DNA from: Gracilinanus agilis
Lineage: Eukaryota
Length of the DNA: 64,000 nucleotides
Direction of reading: 5' to 3'
Assembly (NCBI RefSeq): GCF_016433145.1
Contig: NC_058131.1
Coordinates: forward strand, 42,434,291 to 42,498,290
Part shown: positions 41,521-55,238 of the stretch, one piece after another
Layout: each line of letters begins with the position of its first letter
How positions within the stretch are numbered: the first letter of the stretch is position 1
Program-made: the position numbers and the translations under genes
The notes under the pieces: generated by a model
What the model saw: the letters and a program-made list of their open reading frames with translations, nothing else
Database searches by the model: none
Told to the model about the DNA's origin: nothing

Positions 41521-42946
41521 AGTGTTTAAAAACAAGTACCTTCCTGAGTTGTCTATCAAGGCCCTTAGGAAGGGAATCAAATGCAGTCAGATCCTGAACA
41601 TTATCCAAGGCAGATCAATAACCCAATACTAATTTATCCAACCCCAGGTTGGACCTGGAAAGGTTACCCATCCATCTAATCTCTCGAGGGTCCTTACTTG
41701 GGCAGCTATTAGAGGAAGGGGAGAACTTGCAGCAGCAGTCAGGGTGACAGGAGTAGGTGTTCCTCCAATCAACTGCAGCTGAGGAGATCATAGATAGATA
41801 CACATCATCACCATCACTATCTCTATATCTCCCTATAACACCATCACTCATTTTTTATTGTATTGGACTTGGACTGGAAGTTCCTTAAGGGTAGGAATTA
41901 GTCTTTGCCTCTTTTTGTTCCCTTAGTGTTTAGCACAGCATCTGACACATTGTAGATGATGAATATAAATATTTATTGACTGACAGAAAATGGAAGGAAT
42001 GAGAAAGGTTTAAGATGAAAGGAAGCCTGTTCCTTATGGAGCAGGCATTCCAGCGAGCCCAGTGGAAGAGTCAATCTGATCTAGGATGGAACTCTATCCA
42101 GGGAGGATTAAGGCACGTAAGTTTGAGGGAGGGGTGATTAGGGATGGGGAATGAGTAGCTGGGGGTTTTGAATTATTGTGATGGGGCAAGTATAAAAGAC
42201 CTAGAGCAACCTGACCATTGACTGATAAGTCCAGACAGACTGAGTAGTGTGGTTGGAGAATGGTCCATTGAGGAAGTCACAAGGTTAGACTGTGCAGGGC
42301 TTTCCTTAAGGCTCATCCTGGCAGTGGGTATTAATGCTCGGTCTTTTGAAGTCCCAGGAGGCTTGTCTCAGAGCAGAGCAGCCGGGTCAGGAAGCCAGGG
42401 TGCCCTACGCATCCTAGAGAAGGTGGGGAAAAAGAAGTGGAAAAGGTCTTGTCTCTAAAAGATTTGGGGGTGCTGAAAATGGTCCTGAGGCTGGACCTCA
42501 CTGAAGCAGAAAATAGACAGTGCACACCCCATAGCTTGTACCCTCTTTTCCTGTCTACTTTGTCATTATTTTGGATTTCTTCTCTATCTCCTCTGTGTAG
42601 ACTTGGATACATACATGCATGTCTCTCTCAATGATATAAGGAAGCTCTTTGGGAGTAGAAATTGTGTCACTTTTTGTCATATATTCCCAGTATCTGGTGG
42701 AGGCTAGGAGCTTAATAAATGTTTGATTGATGCTCTTGGATCTTTGGCTCATAAATGAAGTTAAATAAGAACAAAAGCTAAGCAGAGCAGTAAAGGGAAG
42801 CGACTGCCCTGACTTTCCTAGCTCACACTTCTAGCCTTATACATTTCTGCAGGTAACACTCCCCATCTCTTTTCAAGCCACTGCAAATCATCATTGGATC
42901 CTCATACATAAAACAGAATTTGTCAGACATACAAAAACTACGAGAG

Positions 42947-43135
42947 GGGCAGCTAGGTAGCACAGTGGCTAGAGAGCTCCAGGCCAGGAGTCAGGAGGAC
43001 CTGGATTCAAATCTGAACTCAGAAACTTCCAAAGCTGTGTGACCCTGGGCAAGTCACTTACTCCCACTTACATATTCCTTTCCCGTCTGCCTTAGAGTTG
43101 CTACTAAGATAGAAAGTAAAGGTTTAAAAACAAAA
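42947..43135 (+). mobile_element. SINE (SINE1/WSINE1-type)
   Basis: ggggcagctaggtagcacagtgg head, CORE, tail. Confidence 0.8.
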
Positions 43136-43897
43136 ACATAAGGACTGAATGGTGGGAAATCATTCTATATTGACCTTTTGCATGTATTTTGTGGTCCTGG
43201 GTAGTAGCTACTGAGACCTCATACCATTAAGAGAGAAGCTTATAGCATTAAGCATCTATGGGACTCCAAGCTTCCATTTCCCTTTTCAAGGAAACAGGGG
43301 GAAAAAGGACCCAAAGAGGCCTGATTCGCCTTGGAGTGAATCAAAGGCAATGGTAGGGAATTAGCAAGACTGGCCTTGCCAAGATGAATCTCATCTCACC
43401 ATCAAAACTACTCCAAGCCTGGTCCGAGATTAGCTCCTCTGATGCTCAACGGCCAGGCATTTGCCTATTTAAGGGCCTTTTCACGCCACTCGGCCCACAG
43501 AGAACACAGAAATACCACGTGAGCCTTTGGGATCTCTTGTGACATACCCAATCAGACAGGAAGACCTCAAAGGGGCACAAGCAGGCCAAGAGTCCAAAGA
43601 GCCATATAACCATCCATCAAGATCCTTCTGGGAACAATTTCTAGCAAGAGCTAACCCCTTCCACTTGCTGGAGCCGAGCTCCTTCTCCTTCCATTACTTT
43701 ACCCAAGGGTGGCTTCTATCCTTTATAAGCCTTTCTCTAGTTCCTAGTGACTGAGAATAAGGGAAGTGGAGCTGCATCCTAGCTGGTGGAGTTATCACGG
43801 CCATGGCCGTGATCTGAAGGAACCTACAGAAGGAAGCTCATGAGAAGCCTTTGGAGAAAACCCAACATTTAAGTCCTGACATCACCAGGTTGGGGGA

Positions 43898-44222
43898 AGA
43901 AGATGACATTCTGTAATGGACTTCTCTACTAGCAGCAACGCAATGACCCAGGACAATTCTGGGGGACTTATGAGGAAGATGCTATCCATATCCAGAGAAA
44001 GAACCTGGGTATCCACCCATGACTGGGGATGTAGACTCTAAACGATCACTCTAGTGCAAATATCAATAATATGGAAAAAGGTCTGGATCAATGACACATG
44101 TAAAACCCAGTGGAATTGCTTGTTGGTTATGGGAGGGGGGGGGGAGGGGAGGGAAAGAATACAAATCACATAACCATGGGACAATTTTCTCAATAAAAAA
44201 ATTTAAAATTAAAAATTAAAAG
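43898..44222 (+). mobile_element. L1 (L1_Mdo-type) 3' end
   Basis: gtaatggacttctctactagcagcaacgcaatgacccaggac, G-rich tract, AATAAA and A-rich tail. The upstream 43160-43890 may be a further LTR (low confidence). Confidence 0.75.
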
Positions 44223-47200
44223 ATAACACTGTCTTCCTTAAAGATTAACACTAGTTTTAGGCTAGAAGAGGGGCTTTACTTTCCCCCAGGACCAGACAGT
44301 CATCCATTAAGTTGAGGAGAATGAGAAAAGGGAGAGAAATGAAAAGATTAAGGAATGCAGAGATATCACTAATATTTGTATTTTTCAAGACCTCTGCTCA
44401 GTCTAGGGGTCAGATTTTGAGGGGGCTGGAAGAGGGGAGGAATTAGAATTGGAGATCCTAAGGGATGTCCAGAATTAAGAATAGCTATGGACAAATCATA
44501 TTAGGGAGAATAAATAAACCACTGGGTGACTTTAGGTAATAAATCACTGTGCCCCTCTGAGCCTCAGTCTTCATCTGTAAAATAAGGCCATTGGAGAAGA
44601 TGAACTCCAAGGTCTCTTCCAGCTCTTACCTGGGCCCTGTCACTACCTTCTCCTGACTCCTACAGTTCTAGCCCTTTGGGGGTCCCCTCAGCTCCCCACT
44701 CTGACCCCAATAAGCAGAACCTCTTTCACCTTTGCTTCAACCCTTCTCTTTTCCACCCTTCACACAGAGCTGCCCTTGTCCAACTAGAAAGGAAGATGTG
44801 AGTAGCAGGGGTGAAGCGAGGGGGAGGAGGGTGGCCCAAGTTACAAAGGCCGCCTTATGGAACAGTAAGCCATTCCAAAGGCCTCTGCCCAAGAGCCGCA
44901 GAGGTTGCACGGTCCAGCTGGCCTCTCCTGCCAGCCCCCACAGGGCCTCCCGGGCTCCTGGAAGAAGAGGAGAATCAGAGACTGTGGAAGCTGGAAGGTA
45001 CCTCTTCTTCGCCAAATGTCTTATTTTTACAGAAGAGAAAGCTGAGAGGTGAAGGGATTTACCCACGAGGCTACTTAGTGGTCATTTTAGGATTAGGACA
45101 GAAGTGTCCTGACTCCCAGGCCAGGACTCATTCCACACTAGCTTGTGCTGGGAAGAGACTAGTTTAAAAAGAGTCTGGCAAGAGACTTGCCATCTGCCGC
45201 CATTTTTGTTTTTTGAGGGCTGGGGAAAGGGAAAAATTGAGGGCAAAGCAAGTCTTCCTTAAGACACAAACTTTTTGGTTGACCTCCCTGAAATAGGTTT
45301 TTTTGGGGTTTTTTCCCCCCTAATGCTATAACCCCAAAGCCCCCACTGGTGGTACTTCCTGCCATGATTATTTACTGATATTTTCAGTTGGCCAGGCTCA
45401 ATATTGCCTTTAGAAAGCTAAAGCCTTCATATAGTGCCTGGCACATAGTACATACTTAATAAATGTTTATTGACTGAATATTTATTGGCTGGATAAGGTG
45501 GACTAATAAGAACAATTGGAATCAACATCTCTTAAAAGTCTCTCCATCGAGCCCCTACAAAAACACGAGTCAAGTGGGTTCAAATTTAGAGCCCCATAAT
45601 ATGTCAAAGTAGGTCACTCATACTTCCTAGTTTCTGGGAACCCCTGTCTCCTCTTTGTAAGGGACTCGATTCTCTTCTCCTCTCCATGGATTGTCTTCTC
45701 TGCTGTTTCTTTGCTTGGCTCCTTGTAGAATTGTGGATCTGTCATCTTTCATTTTCCTGAACTAGAAATCATCTTATTCTTCAGACGAGAAATCAAACCA
45801 GCTTGACTTGTTGCTTCTGTAGTACCCTGGTCCAGGATTCTCGGTGGGGCTGGGGTCCCCATCTGTCACCTCTTCTGCTCTCTATTGGGCACCAGGTGCT
45901 ACAACAAAACCAGTCCTGGATCCTGGGAGCACTGGGATGTTTTGCTCTTTCCTTTTCCCTCTACTCTGGACCCTCACAAACATGCTGGATTTAACAAACA
46001 GCCAACTTCAAAAGGAAGGGAGTTAGGTGGCCCAGTGGATAGAGAGCCAGGGCTTTGGAAAATTAATATTGAATTGGGATGTCTTTTGTGAAATAATCTC
46101 GCCTTTAGCCCTCCAAGAACAGTTTGATTTGAAAACTCCAACTGGTTTCTCCCTCAGGCTTTGAGGCTGGGTTGGGTGCTCCCTTATGCTGATTTTTGTT
46201 GAGGATTATAGGATTAGGGGCAGGGCTGAGCCACTTGACCCACTTGAGAGATTAAATAAAATCAGCAAGCTCTACCAGCCATTTTGGATTACAGTGACCT
46301 AGCCAAGTGGCAGGGAAGAAAAGGGCTTGTTGTCAACCTTAAGACCCTCTTCTTTCTGCAAAGTAATGAAGGAGAGGTTGAGGTCTCCTAACCCACCTCC
46401 TCAAATAACTGTTTACCCATTAGAAATGGTTTGGGATGTCCAGGATAGGGACTCCCATGGGGTATATATTGGTGTATGCCCAGGAGGTTCCCCAGGTCTC
46501 TCTGGTTGAGTTTGACCCAACTCTCTTTCCCAGATGCTTTTGTTTGGCCCAGGTCTCTGTTTTGCCCTCTTCCCAATCCTCAACATCCATTCGAATTATG
46601 GAAGGAGTTTACTGGTTAATTTAGATTTTTTTTGAGTGGCTGATTAATAAATGGACTTAAAAATTAAGGATTATTCCTCTCGAGAATTTCAGTCATTATA
46701 CTTCAGATAGTCAAGGGGGCTAATGACACAAAAAAAGTTAAGAACTCCTGTATTAAGAGCATGCCCCTACTTGCCCTGGATCCTCGCACTCACAAAGTAG
46801 GTTTAATGTTATAAAATTCCTTTGGGTCCTGAAATGACTCGTGAACCCCAATTTTCTCCAGAGATCTCTGAAACGCACAGGAAATCCAACTGAAATCTAA
46901 ACAAAATCTCTGGGTGTTTTCTGACATTTTGTGATCTAAATTCTTTCCTCCCCTTCCCAGAGAGCAAATAATCTGACAGAGGTTACACATGTGCTGTCAT
47001 GCCTTCCAGATTTCCATATTCTTCATGTTGTGAAAGAAGACACATATCACACATACAAGAAAAACAGAAGAAAACTCACAAAAGAAAAAAGAGTAGAATG
47101 ATATACTCCAATCTGCATTCAAACTCCATCAGTTCCTTCTATGGCAGTGGATAGCACTTTTCATCATGAATCCTTTGGAGTTATCCTGGATTCTTGTGTT

Positions 47201-49364
47201 GCTGATCATCACAATTCACATTCACAATTGATCGCCTTACAGCTTTTTCTGTGTTCCCTGGTTCTGCTCATTTCACTTTGCATCAGTTTATATAAGCCTT
47301 TTCAGGTTTTTATGAAATCATTGTTCATCGTTTCTTATGGCGGAAGAGCATTCCATTACAATCTTATACTACAACTTGTTCAGCCATTCTGAAATGGATA
47401 GGCAAGCCCTCAGTTTCCAATTCTTTACCACCACAAAAAGAGCTGTTATAAATTTTTTTTTTTAATAAATAGGCAATTTCTCCTTTTGTTGATTTCTTTG
47501 GGATACTGACCTCAAAGTGGTATTTCTGGGTCAAAAGGTATGGATTTGCTCTTCTTTGTGCAAGTTCAGATCTTGCCTCAGACACTTAGAAACTGTGTGA
47601 CTTTAGGCAAGTCGCTTTACCCTGTTTGCCTCAGTTTCCTCATCTGTAAAATGAACTGGAGAAGGAAATGGCAAACCACTAGTATCCTTGGCAAGAAAAC
47701 TCCAAGTGGGGCACAAAGAGTCAAAATGACTGAATAACAGCAACGATGTAAATTTATTCGATTATAAATAACCCTTGACCATAGAAGAAAGACTTAACAC
47801 ATAGTTCCCTCTGTGGGTCACTTCAAAATTCCCTCCTGGGTGCTCCATATATTTTGAAAGCACCGCTGGGTATTTTGCCACTTTTGAGCTTGTTGTCAAC
47901 TCTGCTAAGGACCTGTTAGGGGTACAGTGGGGGGTGGGATTCGAAAGGAGAGAAGGTGGTTTTGGTGGGAATGAAAGGACTGGAAAAATGTTCCTTCTCT
48001 TCCAACCAGGTTCTGTATGTAGAAGGTGGGGATGGCATTTGGGTCCCTCTCAACCGTGACTTGGTGAAGATGAAATAATTTCGTCATTTGGGTGGGACGG
48101 GGTAGAAGACAGATGAAGATCGTTGCAAGGGTAAAGCTTGCTACTGGGGCTCAACAAACAGCGAGCCTCATTCACCGGCTCTGCAGAGGGTGGCTTTTTT
48201 ATTTTTTATTCTTTTGATCCTGAAATCTGGCAGCAGCACACATCTCTTGGGGACCAGCCAGAGGAGGGCTAAGTGCCAAAGCAAGTTTAGCCCGGGTTCC
48301 CGAGCCGTGCGAGCCAAGCCAGGACTCGGGAGGCAGCTCCAGTTCATCCCTGTATAGCTGCTTTGTGCCCGGCCATCCCAGACTCGTAGGAAGAAAGAGA
48401 GAGTGTTTGAGCGGCTCTCCCGGCCGGGGAGACGGCTCAGAGGCCACAGCAGGCAGATTGTGCATGGCTGCCGGGGGGGACAGGAAAGAAAGCATGAGGT
48501 TACACACTGAGCCCTCCAAAGTCAGATGGCGCACGGATGTGGGGCTGGGCGGGGACCAGCCCAGCCCAGGAAAATCTCCGCTTCTTCAAGTGCCATCAGA
48601 TTCACCTGTGCTCTTCCCATGGCTTCAACTGGCAAGAAATGCAAGCTTCTAGTTTCAGGAACACCTTCTCACCTACACACAAACAGCTGAATAAATGGAG
48701 CATGTGGATGAATTAATGCTTAATTATAAAATTATAGTAATAATGAATGAATAAATAAATGGAGAAAATATCCCAACTGGGTCCACTACAAATAGATTGC
48801 ATGACCCCAACTGGACTCTCTCTACTCCTTAGCAATCCTAGCATGCCTCCCTCATCATCTGACTTTTCCGCTCTCCAAAGTGGCAGCTCCAAAGGTTCTC
48901 GTCCCTCCTGGAAGCTTCCGCGGCTCCTCGTCCCCCCACACTCTCGGCCTCGGATCTGGCCTCATGTTCTCCCAAAAAAGCCAACGTAATGGAGGCAAGC
49001 TCCTCCTTCCCTCCTCGTCTCCCTTCGGCCAGATACCTCGTGTCCCTCTGCCCGCCTCCTTACCAAGGCCAGCCTCTGCTTCTCACGGGATGCCATCCCA
49101 CCCCATCTGTCTCCCTCCTCTGCTCTCTACTCTTCCATTAACTTTGCATCTCACCCACTCCCCCGCTTCATTTCCTGCTGCCTATGAACATGCCCTCATC
49201 CACTCCATCCTGGCTAAGTTTTGTCCCAGATCTCTTCGTTTGCGGCTAAACTCCCCCAAAAGGCCATCTACAAAAGGGGTGTCTGCTTTCTTCTCTCCAA
49301 GTCCCTTACAGTCTGCAACTATCATCCTACTGAAACTACTCCCTCCAAAGTTCCCAATGATCCT

Positions 49365-49570
49365 TTTTTTTTAAATTTTGAAAAACCCTTACCTTCTGTT
49401 TTAGAATCAATACTATTGGCTACAAGGTATCAGAATGGCAAGGGCTAGCCAATGGGGGTTAAGTGACTTGCCCAGGGTCACACAGCTAGGAAGTATCTGA
49501 AGCTAGATTTGGTCCTAGGATCTCCCATCTCTAGGCTTGGCTCATTCCACTGAGCCACCCAGTTGCTCCC
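49365..49570 (-). mobile_element. SINE1_Mdo-like SINE
   Basis: Full reverse-complement copy with T-run. Confidence 0.8.
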
Positions 49571-49599
49571 ACAAGTATTTTTTAGTTGACAAATCCACT

Positions 49600-50720
49600 T
49601 ATTTGTCTGGGCCTCTCTGCAGTCTTTGACACTGTTGATCACTTCCCTCCTTGATAGTCTTTCTAAGTTTTCCTGGTTTTCCTCTGTTGTATCTGACCAG
49701 TCCTTTGTCTCCTTTGCTGGATCTTCCTCTGGATCAAGCCTCCTCACTGTAGGTGACCTTCGGGGGTCTCCTGCCACACACTTGACTTGATTATCTCATC
49801 AATTTTCAAGGGTTTGACTACTCTCTATTCTGATGACTCTCAACTTGACCTCTCCTTCTCCAGGCTCTTTGCTGACTTCCAGTCCTGAATCACCAACTGC
49901 CCTTCAGACATCTCAATCTGGATGTTCAGAACTCGCTATCCTTTCTCCCTAAACCCACCCCCTTCCTACTTTCCCTATTGTTGTTGTCAAGGGCGCCACC
50001 ATGCTTTGTCCTTCAGGCTTACAACCTAAAAGTCATCCTCTACTCCGACGCTGCCAGCCTCCGGAGTAGACCCTCATCACCTCATGCTTGGACTATCGAG
50101 ATAGCTGCTGGGGAGTCTGACTGACTCAAGTCTTTCTCCATTCCAATCCATCTTCCATTCAGTCACCAAAGTGATTTTCCTAAAATAACAGCTCTATGTC
50201 ATACACCCAGCTCCCCCCTCACCCCACCATTCCCTGACTCATTAAACTTTAGTGGTTCTCTGTGGCCTCTAAAGTGCTCCATTTTGGCATCCAAAGCCCT
50301 TCATAATCTAGACTCCTCCTACCTTCCCAGTCATATCCCTTACTCTCCAAAACATACTCTTGGGTCCACTGGCAATAGCCTCCTGGCCTTTACACCAAGT
50401 CTCTCCAGCTCTCTGCTCTGGTCATTTTCTGACTCTTCCCTATGCCTGGAGTGATCTCCTCTCTACTCTGACAACTGATCTCTCGGATTCCCTTTAAATC
50501 CCATCTAAAATCCCGCCTTCTACAGGAAGCCTTCCCTAACCCCTCTTAATTCTACTTCTTTCCCTCTGTTCATTATTTCTTATTTATCCAGTATAGAGCT
50601 TCCTTTGTAATATGTTTGCATGTTGTCTCTCCCATTGGATTGTATTTCATTGGAACCTTGGGGAAGGGGCTGTCTTTTGCCTCTTTTTTGTATCCCCAGT
50701 ACTATAGTACATATAGTAGA
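49600..50720 (+). mobile_element. L2 LINE fragment (~1.1 kb, 3' region)
   Basis: Pyrimidine-rich L2 hallmarks (tttgacactgttgatcac, ccctcatcacctcatgcttggact, caggaagccttccct) ending at tatttgactga. Confidence 0.7.
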
Positions 50721-51272
50721 TATTTAATATTTGACTGATTGCAATATATGAAGGAAGCTCTAATGACTAGGTGTTTCTGGAGTCCTGTGGATTTGATTTT
50801 GCATAGTCTACACTTTTCTGCCTCAATCTCCTTATCCATCATCTCATTGATTATCACTGAATCTAAAGAACCAAGAGACCCAAAGTATCATGGTAATGCC
50901 AAATGTATTAGCAAAAAAAGCTACTTTCCAACCCCAAAGGAGTGCATTCCATGGCTGTTTAAACAAAAAGTCTCTCCCAGCACTCAGCTTCTGGTTTTGT
51001 TTCCAGTTCTAGAATTTTCTTTAATACTATGCTCATAATTGTCTACTCAAGAGCCTTTGGGCAAGAGGATTTTTTAAATGGAAGATCTCATTTCAAGGCT
51101 TATAAGGTAAAAAGCCAAAGAAGGGTATCAGTGGCACAATTCCACATTTCTTTCCACATCCTCCCTATGTTCCAGAAAAATTCACCTTTTGGATTGGCTT
51201 GATTGATTTCTAATTTTCCCCAGCAATAGTGGAGTGCTCAAGCTCTAAGTCTCCTTAATTTACATGCAAATG

Positions 51273-51286
51273 GTGCCATCTGCTGG
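51273..51286 (-). promoter_or_regulatory. CTCF consensus motif CCAGCAGATGGCAC, next to an octamer ATGCAAAT (51264-51271)
   Basis: Exact match to CCASYAGRKGGCRS on the minus strand; motif only, no binding data. Confidence 0.45.
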
Positions 51287-51757
51287 TTTCCTCTCATAAC
51301 AAAGGAAATGAGACATCCATCATCACTGATATCTGGCATTGAGGCAATTTTGCCTAATGCTAATCCCGTTGAACATCAGAGAAATAGCCTCATTTTGACC
51401 AAGTGAATCATGGAAAAGGCCAGTAAGGTAAAGCTTGCTTTTGCAGGTTTATTCCCAGCATACACCTTGCAAGGCTAATTTGAAGGCATAGTTGGAGGGT
51501 CATTTCAACTTAGAACTTTAGCAATGAGCATGCTGGGTAGAATGCAGGATGGGCAGCAATTCTGGATACAGTCATTTATTTTCTCTTTAAGATCACATCT
51601 TTGAAGATTTTACAAAAGTAAATTCTCAAAATGGTGGGCCTAATTTTATCCTTCCTTCACTAATCAATAAATACATGTAAGGCACAATGTTTAAACTCTT
51701 TCTAGCCCAAACAGTGAAAAGTATTTAGAACGTGGAACCCTTTAAAAAAGAAAAAAA

Positions 51758-51975
51758 GGGGGCAGCTGGGTAGCTCAGTGGATTGAGAGCCAGGCCTAGA
51801 GACAGGAGGTCCTAGGTTCAAATCTGACCTCAGACACTGCCCAGCTGTGTGACCCTGGGCAAGTCACTTGACCCCCATTGCCCACCCTTACCACTCTTCT
51901 GCCTTGGAGCCAATACACAGTATTGACTCCAAGATGGTGGTAAGGGTTTAAAAACAAACAAATAAATAAATAAAT
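51758..51975 (+). mobile_element. Young full-length SINE1_Mdo-like SINE
   Basis: Near-consensus head, CORE and tail, with (AAAC)/(AAAT) tail. Confidence 0.85.
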
Positions 51976-52997
51976 GGGGGGGGGGGAAGCTAGGAAGAAC
52001 CTTGGAGATTATTCAGTCCTCTCCTAGCATTCTAGATGGAGGACAATAAGGTCTAGTGAGGGGAAGATAACTTATCCAAGGACATAACATTGGTGAGAGG
52101 CAGTGCTGTAACGAGGGTCTGCCCAGGCATCCTTAGGGAATTCAGTGCCCTCATTACACCTTCCACTCCTTTTGGTGGCAATTCTGGATGGTACATCTGC
52201 CTTCCACAAGAACACACCAGAAAAGCCCTTCACAGAAGCAGCTCCAAGTCCAAAGAGTTGCTTTGGAGAAAGATTTAATGACTAGTTCACTTTGAGGTTT
52301 CTTTTTTCCATCTTGCCACTACCACACAGAACATCATTCACCACTTTCTTTACCTGTTTCAAACTTTTCACCATTTCAAGCCTTCAAAAAGATCTCACTA
52401 TTTTATGAGTATTTCCATGATCAACGGAGAGTACAATTCCTTCACATCAAATCCCCTGGATGACAGCATATTATTCCTCAGCCTCTCTGAAGGCAGTTCA
52501 ATTCGTTGGCCAACAATATTGTCGAGTCTGCATTCTGTCCCAATGTGGAAGGAACTTGTGGAGCCCAAACTTGTGTCCAAATGGCGTTTGTTTATAGGAG
52601 GCTTCAAGTATACAAAGTGCTCTGATCACAGGTCCTAATGATAACCCTGAAAGCAGGTATTTTTATCCACGTTGTACAAATGAGTATATTGAGCCTCTGA
52701 GGGGGTTTCAGTTCCTTCCATGGCCAAAAGGTGGGTTTCAAAGTGAAGACTTCTGATTCTGAATCGCATCCCTCCTGCTACACCTTCTCTGAAGGTCCAC
52801 GAGGGCACCTTTAGGATGAGGCATTGGTTTGGGGCAGTTGTGGTGGTTCTTCTCATATAAAATAATAATACAGAATTGTCATATATATATTTACACACAC
52901 ACACACACACACACATACCTGGAGGATGGGAGAAATGCATTTGCTACATACAAAAAACATTTCACAAGGTGCTAGGGCTAGAGTAATTAAATGCTTG

Positions 52998-55186
52998 TTT
53001 ATTCATAAAGAAAAACTGTGATATGTATACAGACCAGGAGATCTAATTGAACTACAACTCAATATAGACACAACACACGATGCTCAGCCAACCTGGCCAC
53101 CAGGGAGGCAGGGGCCCATGCTGTGTGCCCAATGGCAGCCCACCATCAGCACCCCACAAAATGATTCCAATTCGCTAAAGTGCCTCATGTTTTCAGGATC
53201 CTGTTCTTACCCTAAGCTCCAGCAGACAACGCTGGGCTTTGCTGCTCTGCATAAACATGAAGGGTTACAACAACTTGCGATAACAAGAATGGCATTTTCA
53301 TATAGACTGAGAGTTTAGTTAAAGCATGAATTGTGCTCCTAGAACAATGTTCATTCAAATACATCTGCGGAGAGCCTTTCCTTCCTGCTATGTGAGAGAG
53401 AAGTGTGGCTATGAGGAGGAAGGGATGGACCGAAATGGGGCCTCTCTCTGTGCTGGCCACCTCCCCCGTGTGTGTGTAAGGCACTAGAAAATGGCGGCAG
53501 AGCTCAAGTTTCCTGAGCGCTCTTCTCATCTGCAGAAGAAACACTGGCCTGGTTCTTGTAACAGTGTCAGTCCCTTCCTCAGGAGCCAGAAGAAGGCTGA
53601 AGAACAAAATGCAAGTCCATTCACAGAGGAAAAGCAAAGGTGACCAAGAAGGTGTCTTGCTTTGCCCAACACAACAGACTGTCTGTCCTATGGCGCACAG
53701 AGTCACTCAGGCGCTCGGGAGAGAAAAGGCCAGTCAAAGGATCAGTCCTGGAAAGCTACTCTGAGGAAGAAAAGCATTCATGAAGAGTCTAGGGATTTAG
53801 CACCTTAAACCAGGGGCCCAAAGTGGCGATGGCTGAGGTACTGTAGACACAGAGCAGATTCATTATTTTCTGAGTTTGAAAGCAGGACAGACAGCTGATT
53901 TCAGAACTAACCGTATCCTATTTTCGTGGCAGGGGTAGAGGGGCAACTTTGTTTATTCAAAATCCACCTGTCAGAGCACATGTGAGATGGTGTTTTCCTG
54001 ACTGTGGGAGTCGTCTCTACACCATGACACTGATATCGAGGAAGTTGTTAAAACCACAGAGCCCTTTCCATGAACAATACAGTAGTCAACATCAACAGAA
54101 TTTGCCTTAGGCTCTCTTAGGACTCTCTTTGTGAACTACCGTGTGCAAAGAGGCAGCCCAAGAGAGACCAAAAGTGTATCTCACTACTGAGAAAACTTGT
54201 CTGGTTCTACTTAGCTGGAGAGCTGTACCCTACATGCTGGGGAGGCCATGGAGATGGAACCGAGTGATTACTGCGGATGGATTCACCTTTAACAGTTATG
54301 CCATTTGGGGGAACTGCCAAAGTCCTTCAGCATGATGCTCAAAGAAGATGACAGCTGCCCTCCCACGTCTATCATAACCAACTGTCTAGCATATGGAAGT
54401 AAGCTCAGAAAGCTACAGTTTATCCTCTGCTAATAACATTTGAAAATGTAAAACCTGGGGTTAATGAGAACAAAAAGGTCAAGGGTATTTTTTTTCAGTT
54501 ATATTTGCCAAACAAGATGTGACAGTAAGCAAAGTAACTGAATCTTCTAGGTATAAAACCTGAGAATTACCTTAGAAATAGTGCTGGGGGTACAGAACTT
54601 AAACTACTTGGTTCTACTTTCCCAGAAAAAACAAACAAACAAAAAAACAGACCTGTTGGGCCAATTTGGGATTTATCAAGTTAAATCAGTGCTGTTCCTT
54701 CCATTCTGATACAGAAATTCATATGCTATTCTAAGGAGGCCTAGCTAGCACTGGGGCTATAGTAATAACTGCCCAGCTCTTTTAGTTTCCAAGTAGTAAT
54801 GTACCTGAGAAATTACATTTGACTAAAAAATGATGCCAAGGCAAAAAAGTCTGTCTCCTACTCAGAACTAATAAAAGTAACGCTCCTTAACAGACAAGCC
54901 AAATTTCTTCTTAAGAATATTTAGTCAAAATCGGGAACAGGGAAAGGACAAAAATTCCCAGAATCTTTGTGTTATTACCAAAAAAAAAAAAGGTGGGGGT
55001 GCGAGTTAGGAACTATGACAAATAAAAGGAAACTATTTCTCCTGAATTATGATTGCTTATAAAATATTTTTAAAATAAAGGGGGTATGAGGTGCCAGAAG
55101 CCTACAAATAGACAGGATTTGATTGCAATCCTATTTTTGTTTGGATAATAATTTAGGCTTTTGTTAAGATATTTGGCCAATGCCTT

Positions 55187-55238
<52 letters not shown>

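Noticed and set aside
48140-48200. Small hairpin (ggctc...gagcc) followed by a T-run as an ncRNA or Pol III unit
   Set aside because: Stem only about 5-6 bp, no recognisable promoter boxes or RNA family features.
51758-51830. tRNA gene (A/B-box-like motifs here and in other copies)
   Set aside because: These are tRNA-derived SINE heads followed by CORE and tail sequence, with no cloverleaf.
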